A DNA stretch of 62,482 nucleotides from a virus (taxonomy: Duplodnaviria > Caudoviricetes): positions 1-62,482 of IMG/VR virus record IMGVR_UViG_3300044819_000092; one strand, given 5' to 3'. This document shows positions 59,810 to 62,482 of the stretch, piece by piece. Numbering within the stretch: position 1 is the stretch's first letter; the number at the start of each line of letters is the position of its first letter. Position numbers and translations under genes: made by a program. A model generated the notes under the pieces. The model was not told the origin of the DNA. It was given only the letters and a program-made list of their open reading frames with translations, and ran no database searches.

Positions 59810-60123
59810 CACGTCATCCTCGGCTTCGGAAGCTCGAGCAGGCGCGCCACGTACCACTCGAGCGGCGGCAGCTCGGGGTTGGTCTCAATGATCCCCTGCA
59901 CCAGGAACAAGCACGCGAAGGCCGCCTCGCCCGGCCCAACGGTCTCGTCCATGACCGTCTTGTGCAAGCGGTGGGCGGCTGCGGCGGCGTTCCGGAGGCG
60001 CTCCCGATACTCGCTATCCCGCATGAAGGTCGCCGGGTTCCGCCGGCGCCCGCCGCTGCAGGACGAGCAGAGCTGGCCGAGCGCCTCCTCGCCGCACTCG
60101 GTGCACTTGCCGACGAGGCTCAC
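59809..60123 (-). CDS. C4 zinc-finger protein, paralog A
   Basis: CTEC...CSSC; PELPPLEWYVARLLELPKP. Confidence 0.7.
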   Translation of the reverse strand: MSLVGKCTECGEEALGQLCSSCSGGRRRNPATFMRDSEYRERLRNAAAAAHRLHKTVMDETVGPGEAAFACLFLVQGIIETNPELPPLEWYVARLLELPKPRMT

Positions 60124-60461
60124 GTCATCTCCGGCGGCAGCGGGAAGGGGAACTCGGGCTTGGGCAATTCGAGGACCCGAGCGAGGTACCACTCGAGCGG
60201 CGGCAGCTGCGGCGTGCAGGTGATGAGCGCGTCGATCATGAACAGGCACGCCAGGACCGCGCGGCCCTCGTCCTCGCCGGCGGCGTGGAGGACGGGCGAG
60301 ATCATCTCCCTGCAGGTCTCGAGGCCGAGCTCGAATTGCTTCGCGTGCGCGTCGGCGTCGATGAGCGGGCGCTTCACCCGCTTGCGCTCGCCGCTGCAGT
60401 AGGAGCAGAGCTTGCGGATGGCCTCGCCTCCGCACTTCGCGCAGGTGCCGAGCGTGTTCAT
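60120..60461 (-). CDS. C4 zinc-finger protein, paralog B
   Basis: CAKC...CSYC; PQLPPLEWYLARVLELPKP. Confidence 0.7.
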   Translation of the reverse strand: MNTLGTCAKCGGEAIRKLCSYCSGERKRVKRPLIDADAHAKQFELGLETCREMISPVLHAAGEDEGRAVLACLFMIDALITCTPQLPPLEWYLARVLELPKPEFPFPLPPEMT

Positions 60462-60833
60462 GGCTTCGCCTCCGGGCTGTCCACCGCCCGCGGGACCGGC
60501 TGGGTCACGGGCGGGATGAGCTGGGCCAGGATCGGGATCAGGTGCCGCATCTCATCGGCGATCAAGTGCTGGGCACTCGCAATGCGATCGCCGGCGTCCT
60601 TGATCCGCGTCAGCGACCGGAAGATCTCCGCGAAGGGTTCGGGCAGGGCGCTCACGACGTCCCCACCTCGAGCCCGAGCTCGGAGAGCGAGACCACCTCG
60701 TACGGGATCTCGTGCATGTCGAGCGCGACCCGGAGCATCATCACCGTCGGCTCGTCCCAGCCTCGCCGCTTGCACGCGGACACCAGCGCCGCCAGCAGGG
60801 TCGCCTTCGAGTTGTCGGGGTTCGGGAGCTCGC

Positions 60834-61193
60834 TCACGTCCCCACCGCGCGCTTCACGAACTCCTCGATCGTCGTTCGGATGAACCCGAGAGTCTTCCCA
60901 TCCGCCAGACAGGAGTCGCACGTCACATCGGCCCAGTCCTTCGTGTACAGGTGGCCCTCGGGATACTCCTCCGGATCACCGAACATCCCGCACGTCGTGC
61001 TCGTGGTCGCGCCGCCCGGGTGATGGTGCACCGGGATGTGGACTCCGAACTGCTCGCGCCATTCCTCATCGGGGACGTCGACCAGATCCTCGAAGACCAG
61101 CGAGCCGTCGTGCGCGCGCGAGATGATCCGCACGTTGTAGTGCCCGGGCTTGCTCGCCGGCCGCACCGCCCGCCGCCACTCTTCATTGTTCAC
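60834..61193 (-). CDS. Hypothetical Zn-binding protein
   Basis: VHH...TCG...VTCDSCL. Confidence 0.55.
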   Translation of the reverse strand: MNNEEWRRAVRPASKPGHYNVRIISRAHDGSLVFEDLVDVPDEEWREQFGVHIPVHHHPGGATTSTTCGMFGDPEEYPEGHLYTKDWADVTCDSCLADGKTLGFIRTTIEEFVKRAVGT

Positions 61194-61846
61194 GGCGCCA
61201 CCGCCGGCATGAGCTTCCTCGCCACCTCGAGCAGCCGCCCGAGCTCGGCCACGGCCGCCGGCCCTTCCTCCTCGGCGCCGAGCAGGGGAAGGCCCGACTC
61301 GACGGAGGCGTCCACCTCGGCGCGCGTGGCCGCGCGGCCCTGGCAGTACCAGAGGACCTCGGTCGGCTCGCCCACCCGGATGAGCGTCCCGCCGCGCGAC
61401 ATGGTGATCCCTTGCCGCCTGTCGCGAAAGAACGTGAACTCCCTGCAGGTCCACAGGAGCGTGACGCCCGGGTTCCTCCGGAGGAAGACCCCTGGCGGCT
61501 CGACTGCTCCCTCGGGCAAGCCCTTGTCGCGCCGGTGCATCTGGGTCTTGGTCAGGAACGGGCAGGCCTCCGCCGAGTAGACGGCGCACTCTCGGTGGCA
61601 GGGCGGCTCCGCTGTGGTCCGGGTGATGCCGCACATGGGGCCGAGCGGGAAGGTGACGTTCCGCCCGAGCTGCTGCCCGCAGACCCAGCACCGCTTGAAC
61701 TTGATCGCCTCGTCGAACTTGCCCTTGTCGACCACCCGGAAGTCGGGCTTGCCGTCGATCCACGCCACGAACCACGGGACCGGGAGGCCCCGCTGCGGAT
61801 CGACAGGGAGGGTGGCGATGCGTGCGGGCAGGACCACGGCGCTCAC
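61190..61846 (-). CDS. Conserved Cys-rich hypothetical protein
   Basis: GLPVPWFV..GKPDFR...CWVCG...EPPCHRECAVYSAEACPFL. Confidence 0.7.
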   Translation of the reverse strand: MSAVVLPARIATLPVDPQRGLPVPWFVAWIDGKPDFRVVDKGKFDEAIKFKRCWVCGQQLGRNVTFPLGPMCGITRTTAEPPCHRECAVYSAEACPFLTKTQMHRRDKGLPEGAVEPPGVFLRRNPGVTLLWTCREFTFFRDRRQGITMSRGGTLIRVGEPTEVLWYCQGRAATRAEVDASVESGLPLLGAEEEGPAAVAELGRLLEVARKLMPAVAP

Positions 61847-62482
61847 GTCGAGCCTCGCTTCCCGTCCTCGTCCGGCGCCCAGTACCGAGGCGAGCCCGGC
61901 CCCTGCCGCCCGGTGTTGACGTTGCGGATCCACGGGCCCGGTGGATCGCCCTCGCCGTCCCAGGAGAGAAACCCGATCATCGCCTCGACGATGATCCTCA
62001 CTGCTCGAAGCCCTTCAGCAGGATGCGCCCCCGCTCCCACACGCCAACGAGCAGGCGCCGCATGGTCGACATCACCTGGTCACCCTCCGGGAACGAAGAG
62101 AAGAGAGCGACGTCACCGTTGCCGTCGGAGGCGGCGACGATGACGGTGACATCGTAGCCCCGAAGCTCCCCCGCGTGCGCCTGCACCGCCATCGCCGCCA
62201 CGGCGAGGGCCTTCTCGACCGTCAGCACCGGAAGTCGGGCTTTCCGTCGATCCACGCCACGAACCACCGGACCGGGAGGCCCCGCTGCGGATCGACAGGG
62301 AGGGTGGCGATGCGTGCGGGCAGGACCACGGCGCTCACGTCGAGCCTCGCTTCCCGTCCTCGTCCGGCGCCCAGTACCGAGGCGAGCCCGGCCCCTGCCG
62401 CCCGGTGTTGACGTTGCGGATCCACGGGCCCGGTGGATCGCCCTCGCCGTCCCAGGAGAGAAACCCGATCATCGCCTCGACG
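61736..62482. repeat. 255-bp direct repeat (61736-61990 vs 62228-62482)
   Basis: Offset 492 bp; two mismatches seen. Confidence 0.9.

Overview
The window is an apparently complete, circularly assembled ~62.4 kb high-GC temperate myovirus genome. The 127-bp end overlap looks like an assembly k-mer, and one gene runs across the junction. It carries Mu-like head genes, a contractile tail, lysis genes, a tyrosine integrase with an attP containing the 3' half of tRNA-Thr(CGT), a YqaJ recombination module and a replication initiator with iterons. A myxobacterial host is plausible but inferred. The standout locus (18.8-20.4 kb, plus a satellite at 22.5 kb) is a stand-alone 212-aa Cas7/RAMP-like gene flanked by non-coding tracts of 5-nt-period repeats (GGY-NN on the transcribed minus strand) separated by conserved 26-28 bp linkers. 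Reading only the variable NN dinucleotides as codon positions 1-2 gives protein-like motifs. One tract resembles the adjacent RuvC-like gene, the satellite resembles its own downstream gene, and one tract spells a Walker A motif. This suggests an RNA-guided system with a gapped code aimed at related phages. Also notable: about 10 repeated promoter cassettes at 8.3-17.5 kb, a pyrophosphatase-like domain inserted in the portal, and a family of leaderless late promoters. All family assignments are from motif recognition, not database searches.
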